The position numbers and the translations under genes are program-made. The notes under the pieces are model-generated. The model was given only the letters and a program-made list of their open reading frames with translations. It did not search any database and had not been told where the DNA came from. Shown piece after piece: positions 1 through 11,262 of a stretch of DNA of 64,000 nt. Origin of the DNA: an uncultured Actinomycetota bacterium (GTDB lineage Bacteria > Actinomycetota > Actinomycetes > JAHEKZ01); assembly GCA_963743915.1 (NCBI GenBank), contig CAVURN010000002.1:320001-384000 (forward strand). Reading direction: 5' to 3'. Position 1 is the first letter of the stretch. Every line of letters starts with the position of its first letter.

Positions 1-58
1 ACATCGGTGAGCGGGGCGTCGGCGAGCTGTGCGTGCTCGGAGGTGCCGGCGTCTTCGC

Positions 59-1756
<1,698 letters not shown>

Positions 1757-1832
1757 GGAGGGCTCCCGTGGTCGTTCCCGATGTTGTGCGGGCTCGGCCT
1801 TGAGCACCGATCCACGGGAGACCAGGCTATCA
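1757..1832 (-). promoter_or_regulatory. pyrG promoter and 5' UTR with SD-sequestering inverted repeat (putative CTP-sensitive TSS switch)
   Basis: Extended -10 TGaTAGCCT (1832-1824). Inverted repeat CTCCCGTGG (1820-1812) / CCACGGGAG (1771-1763); the second arm contains the SD. Confidence 0.6.
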
Positions 1833-1913
1833 GCCGACCTGTTCAGGTTCTGCGGTGACGCGCGGCAGGTTTTGTGCGTCGGCCCCCGTTCCGGCGGATG
1901 AGGCGAGGGCCGA

Positions 1914-2684
1914 CTACGGAGTCACTGAAGGCTTGGGCGGGATCGGGAGCAGCGGGCCCACTCCCCGTGCCCGTAGGGCGCGCCACACCGCCCAGAACTG
2001 CCGTGCGCGGTGGCGCTGGGCTCGCCAGCCTCGTCCGGTGACGCGATGGCGCAGGTCGACCGGCACCTCCTTGACCACGAACCCTGCGCGCAGCAGGTCG
2101 ATCGTCAGCCCGACCTCGACACCGAAGCCGGGTGCGAGCGGTCGACCGGCCTCGAACGCATCGCGGGTGAGCGCCCGTTGGCCCGACAGAGGCTGCGTCG
2201 GTGCCCATCCCGTGGCGTCGCGAACACCCTGGCGGGCGAGATTCACCACGAATCCGTGCCCGCCGCCAGGCTGCGGTGGCAGCTGCGCGATCGCCATGTC
2301 AGCGTCACCGGACACCACAGAACGGATCAGCGGCTCTGCGCGTGCGGCGCTGGCTTCGAGATCCGCGTCCAGGAACAGCAGGGGTCGGCGTCCCGCCCCA
2401 GCTGCCATCTCCAGCTGCAGCACGGCGTCGGCCCCGCGCTCCATCGCGGCCGCCTTTCCCTCGTTCGTCGGCGATGAGACCACGTGTGCTCCGGCCCCCT
2501 CCGCGATCTCAGCAGTTTCGTCGCTGGACCCGTCATCCACCACGACGACCAGGTCCACCGCGGGCACGGAGAGAGCAGCCCGGACGGTCGCGGCGATCCT
2601 CTGGCTCTCCTGATAGGCCGGGATGACGACTGCAGCCCGAGTACCCGTGACGGAGTTCTCACGGTCGACGTGCGGTGTGTCCAC
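1914..2684 (-). CDS. Glycosyltransferase family 2 (GT-A fold, GpgS/DPM-synthase-like)
   Basis: [22 protein letters not shown] (DxD), [18 protein letters not shown]. Confidence 0.85.
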   Translation of the reverse strand: MDTPHVDRENSVTGTRAAVVIPAYQESQRIAATVRAALSVPAVDLVVVVDDGSSDETAEIAEGAGAHVVSSPTNEGKAAAMERGADAVLQLEMAAGAGRRPLLFLDADLEASAARAEPLIRSVVSGDADMAIAQLPPQPGGGHGFVVNLARQGVRDATGWAPTQPLSGQRALTRDAFEAGRPLAPGFGVEVGLTIDLLRAGFVVKEVPVDLRHRVTGRGWRAQRHRARQFWAVWRALRARGVGPLLPIPPKPSVTP

Positions 2685-2761
2685 GCGGCGATCCTTCCAC
2701 GGTGTCGCCCCCTAGGTGAGACGCCGGTCGAGCACGCCGGTCGTGCACACGGCCACACGGT

Positions 2762-4417
2762 TCATCCCTCGTCGAGCCCCGCCCGCGACCGCAGCCGCAC
2801 GAGCCCTCGAGCCGACTGTGGATCGACCAGTAGGGCCACACCACCGACGGCGGCCAGCGAGACCACGCCGATACCCAGCAGCTGGAGCAGCGCTGCACCG
2901 ACCGAACCGGTCGAGGGGATGGCGAGATGGCCGAGCCATCCGACGACAAGCGCGGTCATGCTGACGGCCACCGTCATGCGGAGAACCCCGCGGAGGGCGC
3001 GACGACCGTCCCGCAGCCTGACCAGGACAGCGAGAAGGAGCGCGGCGACCGTCACCCCGACGCTGAACCCGATACCGATGGCTCGCGCCACCTCTGTCGC
3101 TCCCTCGGCTGCGCGCACACCCGTTCCGGCAGCCACAAGCGCAACCGCCCAGCCGACCACCGTGCCGGCGGCAGCGCTCGGCGAACGATGTCCTGCGGCC
3201 AGCACGCGGACGAGATGGCCATGTGCTCCGTACGCGATCACGCCCGGTGCCAGCGCCACCAGCATTCCGGCCAACATCGGCACGGCATCGGTACCGGGAG
3301 CACCCTGGACCATCAACACCGCCAGTGGCTGCCCGGCAGCCGCAAGGCCGGCTGCGCCCACCGCAGAAGCCGCAATGATCGTCCGCAGACTGAGCGCGAT
3401 GGTCTCCGTCACTTCGTCCCGGTCCCCGCGGGCATAGAGGGACGAGAGCCGAGGAAAGGTGGCGGTCGCGATCGGGAACGCCAGCACCGCCCACGGCAGG
3501 AGAAAGACCGTCCACGCCAGCACGAAGACCAACGCGCTGCCTTCACCGCCGTAGACGTTGCTCCACCGGATGGCCAGCGCGTAGGCCACCCACTGGGAAC
3601 CCACGACCACCGCACCGCTCCACGCGAGCGTGAGCGCCTGCCGGGAACGACCCTCCGGAAAACGCAACGAGGGCCACACGACGAGGTCTGCGCGGCGAAG
3701 CGCCGGTATCTGCACCACGAGCAGGGCGAACACGGCAGCGGTGGTGCCACCGGCCAGGATCCAGAACTCCGCCGTCGTCAGATCCTCCAGTGATCCGCGG
3801 TGGTCGCCTGCGAGTACCGCGTAGGCCCCATAGCTGGCGATCATCAGGACGCTCGAGACGGCCGGCGCTACAGCCGGAGCCAGGAATCGGTGGTGCGACT
3901 GCAGCGCGCCCTGCGCGATGACGGTGGCGCCGTACACAGGGATCTGCAGCAGGAAGACCCAGAGCATCTCGACCGATGTCTGGTCCGCCGCGCTGCCGCA
4001 GGCGCTGGTCGATCCGAGGAGCAGCTCGATCACCCACCCGGAAGCGAGGTAGATCACCGCCGTCACGGGAACGAGCAGGAGCAGCGACCACCCATGGAGG
4101 GCCGCGACCACGGCGCGCACCTTGTCGGGATCAGAGGCACGCGCACCCGCGACCAACGGAACGACCAACGCCACCAGTGCGCCACCCACCACGAGCTCGT
4201 AGACGATGTTCGGCACGGCGTTTGCGGTGGCGTAGACGTCGCCCAGGCATGTCGTCCCCACCGTCCGAGCGAGAACGAGGTAGCGGACGAAGCCGATCAC
4301 CCGGGCGACGACGGTCACGCCCGCGATGAGCAGTGCGGCGGTCACCCACTCCGGCTGCGCGCCGTGCGGATGAGGCGTGTCCTCGCCCCTGCTTCCGCTT
4401 GGCGCTCCGCTGCTCAT
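2762..4417 (-). CDS. murJ: MurJ/MviN-family (MOP) flippase
   Basis: Many TM helices; RVIGFVR, YATANAVPNIVYELVVGGAL, IATATFPRLS. ATG at 4417 overlaps the upstream stop. May be a paralog rather than the lipid II flippase. Confidence 0.8.
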   Translation of the reverse strand: MSSGAPSGSRGEDTPHPHGAQPEWVTAALLIAGVTVVARVIGFVRYLVLARTVGTTCLGDVYATANAVPNIVYELVVGGALVALVVPLVAGARASDPDKVRAVVAALHGWSLLLLVPVTAVIYLASGWVIELLLGSTSACGSAADQTSVEMLWVFLLQIPVYGATVIAQGALQSHHRFLAPAVAPAVSSVLMIASYGAYAVLAGDHRGSLEDLTTAEFWILAGGTTAAVFALLVVQIPALRRADLVVWPSLRFPEGRSRQALTLAWSGAVVVGSQWVAYALAIRWSNVYGGEGSALVFVLAWTVFLLPWAVLAFPIATATFPRLSSLYARGDRDEVTETIALSLRTIIAASAVGAAGLAAAGQPLAVLMVQGAPGTDAVPMLAGMLVALAPGVIAYGAHGHLVRVLAAGHRSPSAAAGTVVGWAVALVAAGTGVRAAEGATEVARAIGIGFSVGVTVAALLLAVLVRLRDGRRALRGVLRMTVAVSMTALVVGWLGHLAIPSTGSVGAALLQLLGIGVVSLAAVGGVALLVDPQSARGLVRLRSRAGLDEG

Positions 4418-5238
4418 GGCGCCGGACGGCGGCCGAGCGCGTCGAGGGTGCGCAGGGCCGGCGTCGACTCGATCACCCTCGAGAAGCTGATCTTCTCGCT
4501 GGCGAGCGTGAGGGCGACGACGGCGATGGTGGCCGCGAGCAGACCGCGTCGGCCCAGTGCGGACGCCGCCGAGACCCCCCACGCCGCGCCCAACGCATTG
4601 GCCCCGGTGTCGCCCAGCATCGCGCGCTCGCCGAGGTCCTCCGGCAGGAGGGACGTGACGGCTCCGGTGGGACCGGCGAGGACGGCACCGGGCTCTCCGC
4701 GTGACAGCAGTGCAGGAGCCGACGCCGCGAGGTAGACCTTGGCGGCGCGACCGGGACGCAGGTCGAACAGGTTGGCGAGGTTGGCGCCGCCGGCCACGAG
4801 AGCACCTGCGAGAACCGCGTCCACCACCCCGCCCCTCCCCCGCCGCGCGAGGGCGCCGGTCACGACCCCCAGGGCCCCCAGCCCGCCGAGCTTGAGCGCT
4901 CCGGTGGTCACCTCGCCCTCGCGGAGCGCTCCGAGGTGTCCCCGCAGTCCCTTGACGTCGGTCGCCCCGACGAGGTCGTCCCAGGCGCCGAGCGCGGCCG
5001 CTCCCCCGACCGCCAGCGTCGCGGCTGCGCGCGTCGTCGCCGGCAGGTCCGGTGTCACCAGCAGTCCTACGACGGCCCCGGCCGCAGCCGCCGGACCTTC
5101 GGCGAGGGTGACCGGCTCGCCCCGGTGGTTCGTGCGCGCCCACCGGTCGGCCTGCCCTCCGTCCAGAAGCGCCCGGTGGACACCGCGCGCCACCGTTGCC
5201 CCGACGACGGCCCCTACGGCCCGCCCCAGGAGACCCAC
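4414..5238 (-). CDS. MraY/WecA-like (glycosyl transferase family 4) membrane phosphotransferase
   Basis: GAWDD, NLANLFDLRPGR and MLGDTGANALG motifs in a hydrophobic protein. Confidence 0.7.
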   Translation of the reverse strand: MGLLGRAVGAVVGATVARGVHRALLDGGQADRWARTNHRGEPVTLAEGPAAAAGAVVGLLVTPDLPATTRAAATLAVGGAAALGAWDDLVGATDVKGLRGHLGALREGEVTTGALKLGGLGALGVVTGALARRGRGGVVDAVLAGALVAGGANLANLFDLRPGRAAKVYLAASAPALLSRGEPGAVLAGPTGAVTSLLPEDLGERAMLGDTGANALGAAWGVSAASALGRRGLLAATIAVVALTLASEKISFSRVIESTPALRTLDALGRRPAP

Positions 5239-5239
5239 C

Positions 5240-6157
5240 TCAGCCTCGAGGCAGCGGGTCGGGGGCCGGCCCGTCGACGTCCGCTCCGGTGCCGTAGTGA
5301 CCCACCCCGCCGGAGAGCTGCTCGGCGAGGGCCAGCACGGTGACGGTCACACCGGACACGGTTTCGAGCCGGTCCACGCTGGAGACCAGACCATCGACGT
5401 CGGACCCCCTCAGCACCCCCACCGCCCCTCCTGGGCGATCGCTGCCGACAGGGGCCGCCAGCACGGTGCCGAGGCCGACGTCGTCGAGCGCTGCCAGCAG
5501 CGGGACCAGCGTCAGGTCACCGTCGACCACCTGACGATCGGATCCGACGACGACGGCGATGTCGCCACGGATCACCTCGTCCTCGTCGGCGGAGAGGAAC
5601 TCCTCCTGCTCCAACGCGGCGAGCACCGAGATCGAGTCGACGTACGGCTCCCCCACGAACCGTCCGCCCGGCGTCAGCAGGGCCTCGGCGAGCACGCGGC
5701 TGGCCAGCGTGTACGGGTCCTGGTCCCCGCCCCCGCGGGCGAGTCCCTCCGCCACGCGTCCGAGCACGTCGCTCTGCTCGGGGTCGCTCCAGGCGTCCTC
5801 GAGGGTGACCCGTTCCCCCACACTCGCTCCGGCACCGTCGATGGCCTGCTCGACCGCATCGACCTGGTCTCCCGAGGCGCCCGGCAGCACGATGATGGTG
5901 GCGACGTGGTCGTTGAGCAGGTCCTCGGTGAGCACCGGTTGCGTCAGCTGCGCGAGCTCCTCGTTGGCCTCGAGGTCCCCACGGAGCGCCGACACCTCGT
6001 CCTGCAGGTCGACCTTCTCCTGCGCCAGCTGCTCGGTGCGCGCCTCGAGGAAACCGCTGATGTCGTCCTTCAGCGGTCCGGACCCCAGCACGATGCCGAC
6101 CGCGAGGGCCAGGAAGATCCCGACGATCGACACGACGTGGTAGCGGAAGTCGATCAC
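5240..6157 (-). CDS. steB: SteB / MctB (DUF3186) family protein
   Basis: MIDFRYHVVSIVGIFLALAVGIVLG N-terminus, coiled coil, C-terminal GHYG; directly downstream of steA. Confidence 0.85.
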   Translation of the reverse strand: MIDFRYHVVSIVGIFLALAVGIVLGSGPLKDDISGFLEARTEQLAQEKVDLQDEVSALRGDLEANEELAQLTQPVLTEDLLNDHVATIIVLPGASGDQVDAVEQAIDGAGASVGERVTLEDAWSDPEQSDVLGRVAEGLARGGGDQDPYTLASRVLAEALLTPGGRFVGEPYVDSISVLAALEQEEFLSADEDEVIRGDIAVVVGSDRQVVDGDLTLVPLLAALDDVGLGTVLAAPVGSDRPGGAVGVLRGSDVDGLVSSVDRLETVSGVTVTVLALAEQLSGGVGHYGTGADVDGPAPDPLPRG

Positions 6158-6209
6158 GGTGCGGTCCTTCCACGGACGGTCGGGCCAGGTGTGGGGAGGG
6201 CGAACGCGT

Positions 6210-7391
6210 TCACCCGGTGGCCCAGAAGACGAGGTCGTGCCACCACGACTCGAGCAGGTCGAAGAGGCTACGCCCGGCCGCCGTCGAGACCAGCGCCGCG
6301 ACCATGGCGGCCAGGCCGGACGAGACGAGCAGCACCAGCTGCCAGGTGGAGATACGGCTCCGGTAGAGGCGGCTCACGCCTTTGGCGTCGACCAGCTTGC
6401 CGCCGACCCGCAGCCGGGTCAGGAAGGTGCTGGCCATGCCCGCCCGACCCTTGTCGAGGAACTCCACGAGCGTCACGTGCGTGCCCACCGCCACGATCAG
6501 GCTCGCCCCCTTGTCGTCGGCGAGCAGCATCGCGACATCCTCACTCGTCCCGGTGGCGGGGAACACCACCGGGTCGACACCCAGCGCCTCGACCCGCTCC
6601 AGACCCGGTGCCCGACCGTCCCGGTAGGCGTGCACCACCACCTCTGCGCCGGCACTCAGCGCCTCGTCCGAGACCGAGTCCATGTCGCCCACGATCAGGT
6701 CCGGGCGGTACCCCATCTCCAGCAGCGCGTCGGCGCCGCCGTCCACGCCGATCAGCACCGGCCGGTACTCGCGGATGTAGGGGCGAAGGGTCTGCAGGTC
6801 CTCCTTGTACGAGTAGCCCCGCACCACGATCAGCACGTGCCGGCCATCGATCGGGGTGCTGATGTCGGGCACGCCGACGCCATCGATGAGCAGGTCGCGC
6901 TCCTGGCGCAGGTACTCCATGGTGTTGCTGGCGAACGCCTCGAGCTGCACCGACAGCCCGGCCCGCGCCTCCTCCATCGCGTCCTCGACGGCGGCGGTGT
7001 CCAGCAGCAGTCCCTTGGCGACGACCGCGCCGTCCCTGAGCAGGACGTCACCGTCCAGCACCACGTGGTCACCTTCGTGGATCCGGCCGAAGACCTCGGG
7101 GCCGACCGCGTCCAGCAACGGGACCCCGGCGTCCACGAGGATCCCCGGACCCAGGTTGGGGTAACGACCACTGATGCTCGACGAGGCGTTCACCACTGCC
7201 GCCGGCCGGCACGCCACGAGGCCCTCGGCCGCCACGCGGTCGATGTCGAGGTGGTCGATCACCGCGACGTCCCCCGGACGCAGCCGTTTCGTCAGGTTCT
7301 TGGTGCGCTTGTCCATGCGGACCGAGCCCGCCGGCTCAGGCCCGAGGGCCTGGCTGGAGCGGCGGAGCAGGGGCAGACGCATACCGGTCAT
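6210..7391 (-). CDS. steA: Cytokinetic ring protein SteA (thiamine pyrophosphokinase-like, C-terminal TM)
   Basis: DKRTKNLTKRLRPGDVAVIDHLDIDRV, SGRYPNLGP, GVDGGADAL, FLDKGRAGMASTFLTRL. Start may be ATG 7382. Confidence 0.9.
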   Translation of the reverse strand: MTGMRLPLLRRSSQALGPEPAGSVRMDKRTKNLTKRLRPGDVAVIDHLDIDRVAAEGLVACRPAAVVNASSSISGRYPNLGPGILVDAGVPLLDAVGPEVFGRIHEGDHVVLDGDVLLRDGAVVAKGLLLDTAAVEDAMEEARAGLSVQLEAFASNTMEYLRQERDLLIDGVGVPDISTPIDGRHVLIVVRGYSYKEDLQTLRPYIREYRPVLIGVDGGADALLEMGYRPDLIVGDMDSVSDEALSAGAEVVVHAYRDGRAPGLERVEALGVDPVVFPATGTSEDVAMLLADDKGASLIVAVGTHVTLVEFLDKGRAGMASTFLTRLRVGGKLVDAKGVSRLYRSRISTWQLVLLVSSGLAAMVAALVSTAAGRSLFDLLESWWHDLVFWATG

Positions 7392-7418
7392 CCTGCCAGA
7401 GCGTGCGGTCCGGAACGG

Positions 7419-8480
7419 TCAGCGTTGCAGCAGGAGGGCGTCCACACCGACCTGTGAGCGCCGGTCCGAGGACCGATTCACCACGGTCACCCGGGTCGCC
7501 TCGGCCCTGGTCACCGGTGCCGTCCACACCACCCGGGCCGGTCTCCGCTGCGGCGAGTGGAGGTCGACGGTGGCGACGACGACGCCGTCCATGAGCACCT
7601 TCGCCGACCCCTTGCGCGGCCCGGTGGTCGCGACCCAGGCCACTGACCGTCCCTTGACCGTGGCACTGAAGCGGTCGCCTGCTGTGCGACTCACCCACTC
7701 CGAGCCACCCAGGACGCCCGGGGCCGGGACGACGGACCAGCCTGACGAGCGGCGCGTCTCCGACCAGTCCACCGGAGCCACGTACCCGTCCCGACCCACG
7801 CGGGTCACTCGCCCGACACCGTCGTACAACCAGATGCGCCATGCGGTCGACGACCGGGGTCGGACGGTGAAGTCGTACTGGTCCAGTGTCGGGTCGAACG
7901 AGTAGCAGCAGGTCGCGTTGGGTCCGATGCGACCCAGCGCCAGACCGGTTCCCTCGTCCTTGCCGGACCACGTGAACCGGAGCGGGTATCCGGCGTCAGT
8001 GACGCGTCCGGTGCGCAGCAACAGCCGCGGACCGGAGGTGAACACAGGCGCGACGGTGTCGACGACGACGTCCAACGCGTGCGTCGCCAGCCGCTCGTTG
8101 CCCGCTTGGTCGTACGCCGCAACGGTCACGACATGCTGGCCGTCCGGCACGTCGATCCGCTTGGTCACTGTGCTCCCGGCCACATCGGTGAGCTGGCGGA
8201 CGACCTCGCCGTCGACGCGGATGCGGTAGGTCACCGCGCTGGTCTCGTCGGTCGTGACCTGCCACGTGACGTAGACATTGCTGTACGGCGACAGCACCGA
8301 CCACCCCGTCTGGAACTCGCCGTCGGGGACGACGTCGAAGGCCGCCGGCGGCGTCGTGTCCCCCTGGCCGGCAGCGGCAGTGGTGGCCGGAAGCAGGCCC
8401 AACACCCCGGGCAGCGACAGGGCGACCACCAGGAGGGCACGACGACGCGCCGTCAGTGCGCGCCGGCATGGTCGCCCCAC
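7419..8480 (-). CDS. Secreted hypothetical protein (signal peptide, Ig/FN3-like and C-terminal beta-sandwich domains)
   Basis: GTG 8480 after a GAGGGGG SD; RRRALLVVALSL...AAA signal; DTTPP and VDTVAP boundaries; HVVTVAAYDQAGN; GPRKGSAKVLMDG. Confidence 0.7.
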   Translation of the reverse strand: MGRPCRRALTARRRALLVVALSLPGVLGLLPATTAAAGQGDTTPPAAFDVVPDGEFQTGWSVLSPYSNVYVTWQVTTDETSAVTYRIRVDGEVVRQLTDVAGSTVTKRIDVPDGQHVVTVAAYDQAGNERLATHALDVVVDTVAPVFTSGPRLLLRTGRVTDAGYPLRFTWSGKDEGTGLALGRIGPNATCCYSFDPTLDQYDFTVRPRSSTAWRIWLYDGVGRVTRVGRDGYVAPVDWSETRRSSGWSVVPAPGVLGGSEWVSRTAGDRFSATVKGRSVAWVATTGPRKGSAKVLMDGVVVATVDLHSPQRRPARVVWTAPVTRAEATRVTVVNRSSDRRSQVGVDALLLQR

Positions 8481-8611
8481 GGAAGACCCCCCTCGGTCCG
8501 TCCGGGCCACTCGACCCCGACCCCAGCATGATGCGGGCCCGGCGGTGGACGCCGTGGGCGTAGTCGAGGGGCATCCACCCAGATGGACCAACCGATGCCG
8601 GCACGGACGGG

Positions 8612-10330
8612 TCAGCGGGACGTCCGGGCGACCTCGAGCAGCTCCTCGGCATGTGCCTGTCCGGTGCTCGAGTCGGCGAGACCGGCGAGCATGCGGGTCA
8701 GCTCACGGACCCGGCCGGCGTCGTCGAGCAGGTGCACGTCGCTGGCCGTGACCTCGCCGGAGGTGGCCTTGCTCACCACCCAGTGACGGTCGGCGAACGC
8801 GGCGACCTGGGGCAGGTGGGTCACCACCAGCACCTGACGGCTGTGGGCCAGCCGCGCGAGACGTCGCCCCACCTCGACCGCGGCCGCTCCTCCGACCCCG
8901 GCATCGACCTCGTCGAAGACCAGGGTGGGCACCGGGTCGGCGTCGGCCAGCACGACCTCGAGCGCCAGCATCACCCGCGAGAGCTCGCCGCCGCTGGCCC
9001 CCTTCTGCAGCGGCAAGGGGCTCGACCCGGAGTGCGGCTTGAGCTGGAAGCTGACCTCGTCCACGCCGCTCGGGCCGCTCTGCACCCGACGACCGTCCGG
9101 CAGGGTGAGGCCGGCGACATCCCCGTCGTCGACCTCACGTTGCCCCACCGCGACCACGAGCTCGGCGTCCGGCATCGACAGCGCACCCAGCTCGGCGGTG
9201 ACCGCGGCCGCAAGGCGGTCGGCGTACTCCTGGCGCGCACGGGACAGGGCGCCCGCACGTTCACCGAGCCGGCGTTCGGTCTCGGTGATCTGCTCGCCCA
9301 GGGAGGCCAAGCGCCCATCGGTGCCGTCCACGTCCACGACGCGGCGATCGGCGTCCTCGACCCAGCGCAGGACGTCGGCGAGCTCGGGCCCGTACTTGCG
9401 CTGCAGACCGGTGAGCGCGGCCCGGCGTTCCTGGACCGCGGCGAGCCGGACCGGGTCGGCCTCCACCTCGGAGGCGTACGCATGGAGCTCGCCGACGACG
9501 TCGTTCAGCAGGTAAGCGAGCTCGCCGATGCGCCCCGCGAGCTCGGCGAGGACGCCGTCGTGGGCGCCGACCGCTTCGAGCGTGCGGCGAGCGGTCGACA
9601 GGTCGGTCAGGGCCGAGCGTTCGTCGTCGGAGAGCTGTTCCGCCACCGATCCCGCAGCGGTGGTCAGTTCGACCGCATGGGCCAGACGCTCCTCCTCCGC
9701 CCGCAGGGCGACGTCCTCGCCGGGTTGGGGCTCGACCGCGGCGATCTCGGCCAGGCCGGCCCGGAGCAGCTCCGCCTCCTGCATCCGCTGCTGGCGGTGG
9801 CTCTTGAGGTGCTCCCACTCCTGCCGCAGGTGGGACAGCTCGGCGTGCTCGGAGGCCACCGCCTCGCGGGCGGGCAGCAACGCTCCGTAGCGGTCGAGCA
9901 GATCGCGCTGGCGGGCCGGTGCCACCAGGTGGACCTGCTCGCTCTGACCGTGGATGGCCGCCACCGCGGCGCCCAGCTCGGCCAGTGTGCCGACCGGGAC
10001 CGCCGCCCCGCCAGCAGCTGCACGGGACCGACCGCCCGCGAGGACGGTCCGGACCAACGTCAAGGACCCGTCGTCGACGGCGCCCCCGATCTCGCCCACC
10101 CGGTCAGCCAGCGCCGCAGGACACGTGACAGCGGCAGTCACCTGGGCGGCGGCAGCGCCGGACCGGACGAGGTCGGCGCCCCCACGCCCCCCGAGCAGCA
10201 GACCGAGCCCGGTCACCACCATCGTCTTGCCGGCGCCCGTCTCCCCGGTCAGCACCGTCAGACCAGGGCCTAGCTCCAGCTCAGCGGAGTCGATGACCCC
10301 GAGCCCCGTCAGGCGCAGGTACTCGATCAC
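8612..10330 (-). CDS. recN: DNA repair protein RecN
   Basis: GETGAGKT Walker A, ASGGELSRVMLALE, FDEVDAGVGG, THLPQVAA; GTG start overlaps the nadK stop. Confidence 0.96.
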   Translation of the reverse strand: MIEYLRLTGLGVIDSAELELGPGLTVLTGETGAGKTMVVTGLGLLLGGRGGADLVRSGAAAAQVTAAVTCPAALADRVGEIGGAVDDGSLTLVRTVLAGGRSRAAAGGAAVPVGTLAELGAAVAAIHGQSEQVHLVAPARQRDLLDRYGALLPAREAVASEHAELSHLRQEWEHLKSHRQQRMQEAELLRAGLAEIAAVEPQPGEDVALRAEEERLAHAVELTTAAGSVAEQLSDDERSALTDLSTARRTLEAVGAHDGVLAELAGRIGELAYLLNDVVGELHAYASEVEADPVRLAAVQERRAALTGLQRKYGPELADVLRWVEDADRRVVDVDGTDGRLASLGEQITETERRLGERAGALSRARQEYADRLAAAVTAELGALSMPDAELVVAVGQREVDDGDVAGLTLPDGRRVQSGPSGVDEVSFQLKPHSGSSPLPLQKGASGGELSRVMLALEVVLADADPVPTLVFDEVDAGVGGAAAVEVGRRLARLAHSRQVLVVTHLPQVAAFADRHWVVSKATSGEVTASDVHLLDDAGRVRELTRMLAGLADSSTGQAHAEELLEVARTSR

Positions 10331-11262
10331 GCCCGGTCGCCCCGCCCCGTCGCCTCGTCCGCCTCGCTGTACGGGCGAGTGCGGCCTCGCTCCACGGTCC
10401 AGCCCTGGACCGGCAGCGCGAACTTCGCCACCAGCCGCTCGGTGAAGGGCGTCTGGTGGAGGCGTGCCAGCAGCACCGGCTCCGCACTGCTGCGCACAGC
10501 GACGCAGGCGCCGGGCACGAGCTCGGTGCCGCGACGTCCGTCCGCGGACAGGACCGCGGGTGCGCTCATCGGCAGCAGGTCGATCCGGATGACCGACGTG
10601 GGGGCGATGACCAGTGGTCGCGCGAAGAGCGCGTGGGCGGACAGCGGCACCACCAGCAGGGCATCGACCTCCGGCCACACGACCGGACCTCCCGCGGAGA
10701 AGGCGTAGGCGGTCGAGCCGGTCGGCGTCGCACACACCACACCGTCGCACCCCCAGCGAGACAGCCGCAGGCCGTCCACCTCGACCCCGACCTCGATCAT
10801 CCGGGCGCGGGCCGCCTTCTCGACGGCGATCTCGTTCAGGGCCCAGTGCCGTTCGACGACCTCACCGTCGACCTCGATCGCGACCTCGACCGTGGCTCGT
10901 GGCTCCACGACGTAGTCGCGGGCCACGACCTGGGCGGCGACCCGGTCGAGGTCGTGCTCCTCGGCCTCGGCGAGGAAGCCGACCCGCCCGAGGTTGATGC
11001 CGAGCAGCGGGGTGCCGCCGGTGCGGGCCAGCTCGGCACCGCGCAGGATCGTGCCGTCCCCGCCGAGCACCAGCACCAGCTCGACCGGCTGACCAGGCGT
11101 CCAGCGCGCAAGGTGCGGCAGAGCCAGCTCGTCGGACTCCTCAGCGGGTGCCACCACCTCGATGTCCGCCGCGTGCCAGCGCTCGACGAGCCGGGCCGCA
11201 CTGGCGGCGGCGCCCTCGCGACCCGTGTGCGTGACCAGGAGGATGCGGCGGGCGCTGCTCAC
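10327..11262 (-). CDS. nadK: NAD kinase
   Basis: GGDGTILR, NE, ATPTGSTAYAFSAGG. Confidence 0.95.
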   Translation of the reverse strand: MSSARRILLVTHTGREGAAASAARLVERWHAADIEVVAPAEESDELALPHLARWTPGQPVELVLVLGGDGTILRGAELARTGGTPLLGINLGRVGFLAEAEEHDLDRVAAQVVARDYVVEPRATVEVAIEVDGEVVERHWALNEIAVEKAARARMIEVGVEVDGLRLSRWGCDGVVCATPTGSTAYAFSAGGPVVWPEVDALLVVPLSAHALFARPLVIAPTSVIRIDLLPMSAPAVLSADGRRGTELVPGACVAVRSSAEPVLLARLHQTPFTERLVAKFALPVQGWTVERGRTRPYSEADEATGRGDRA

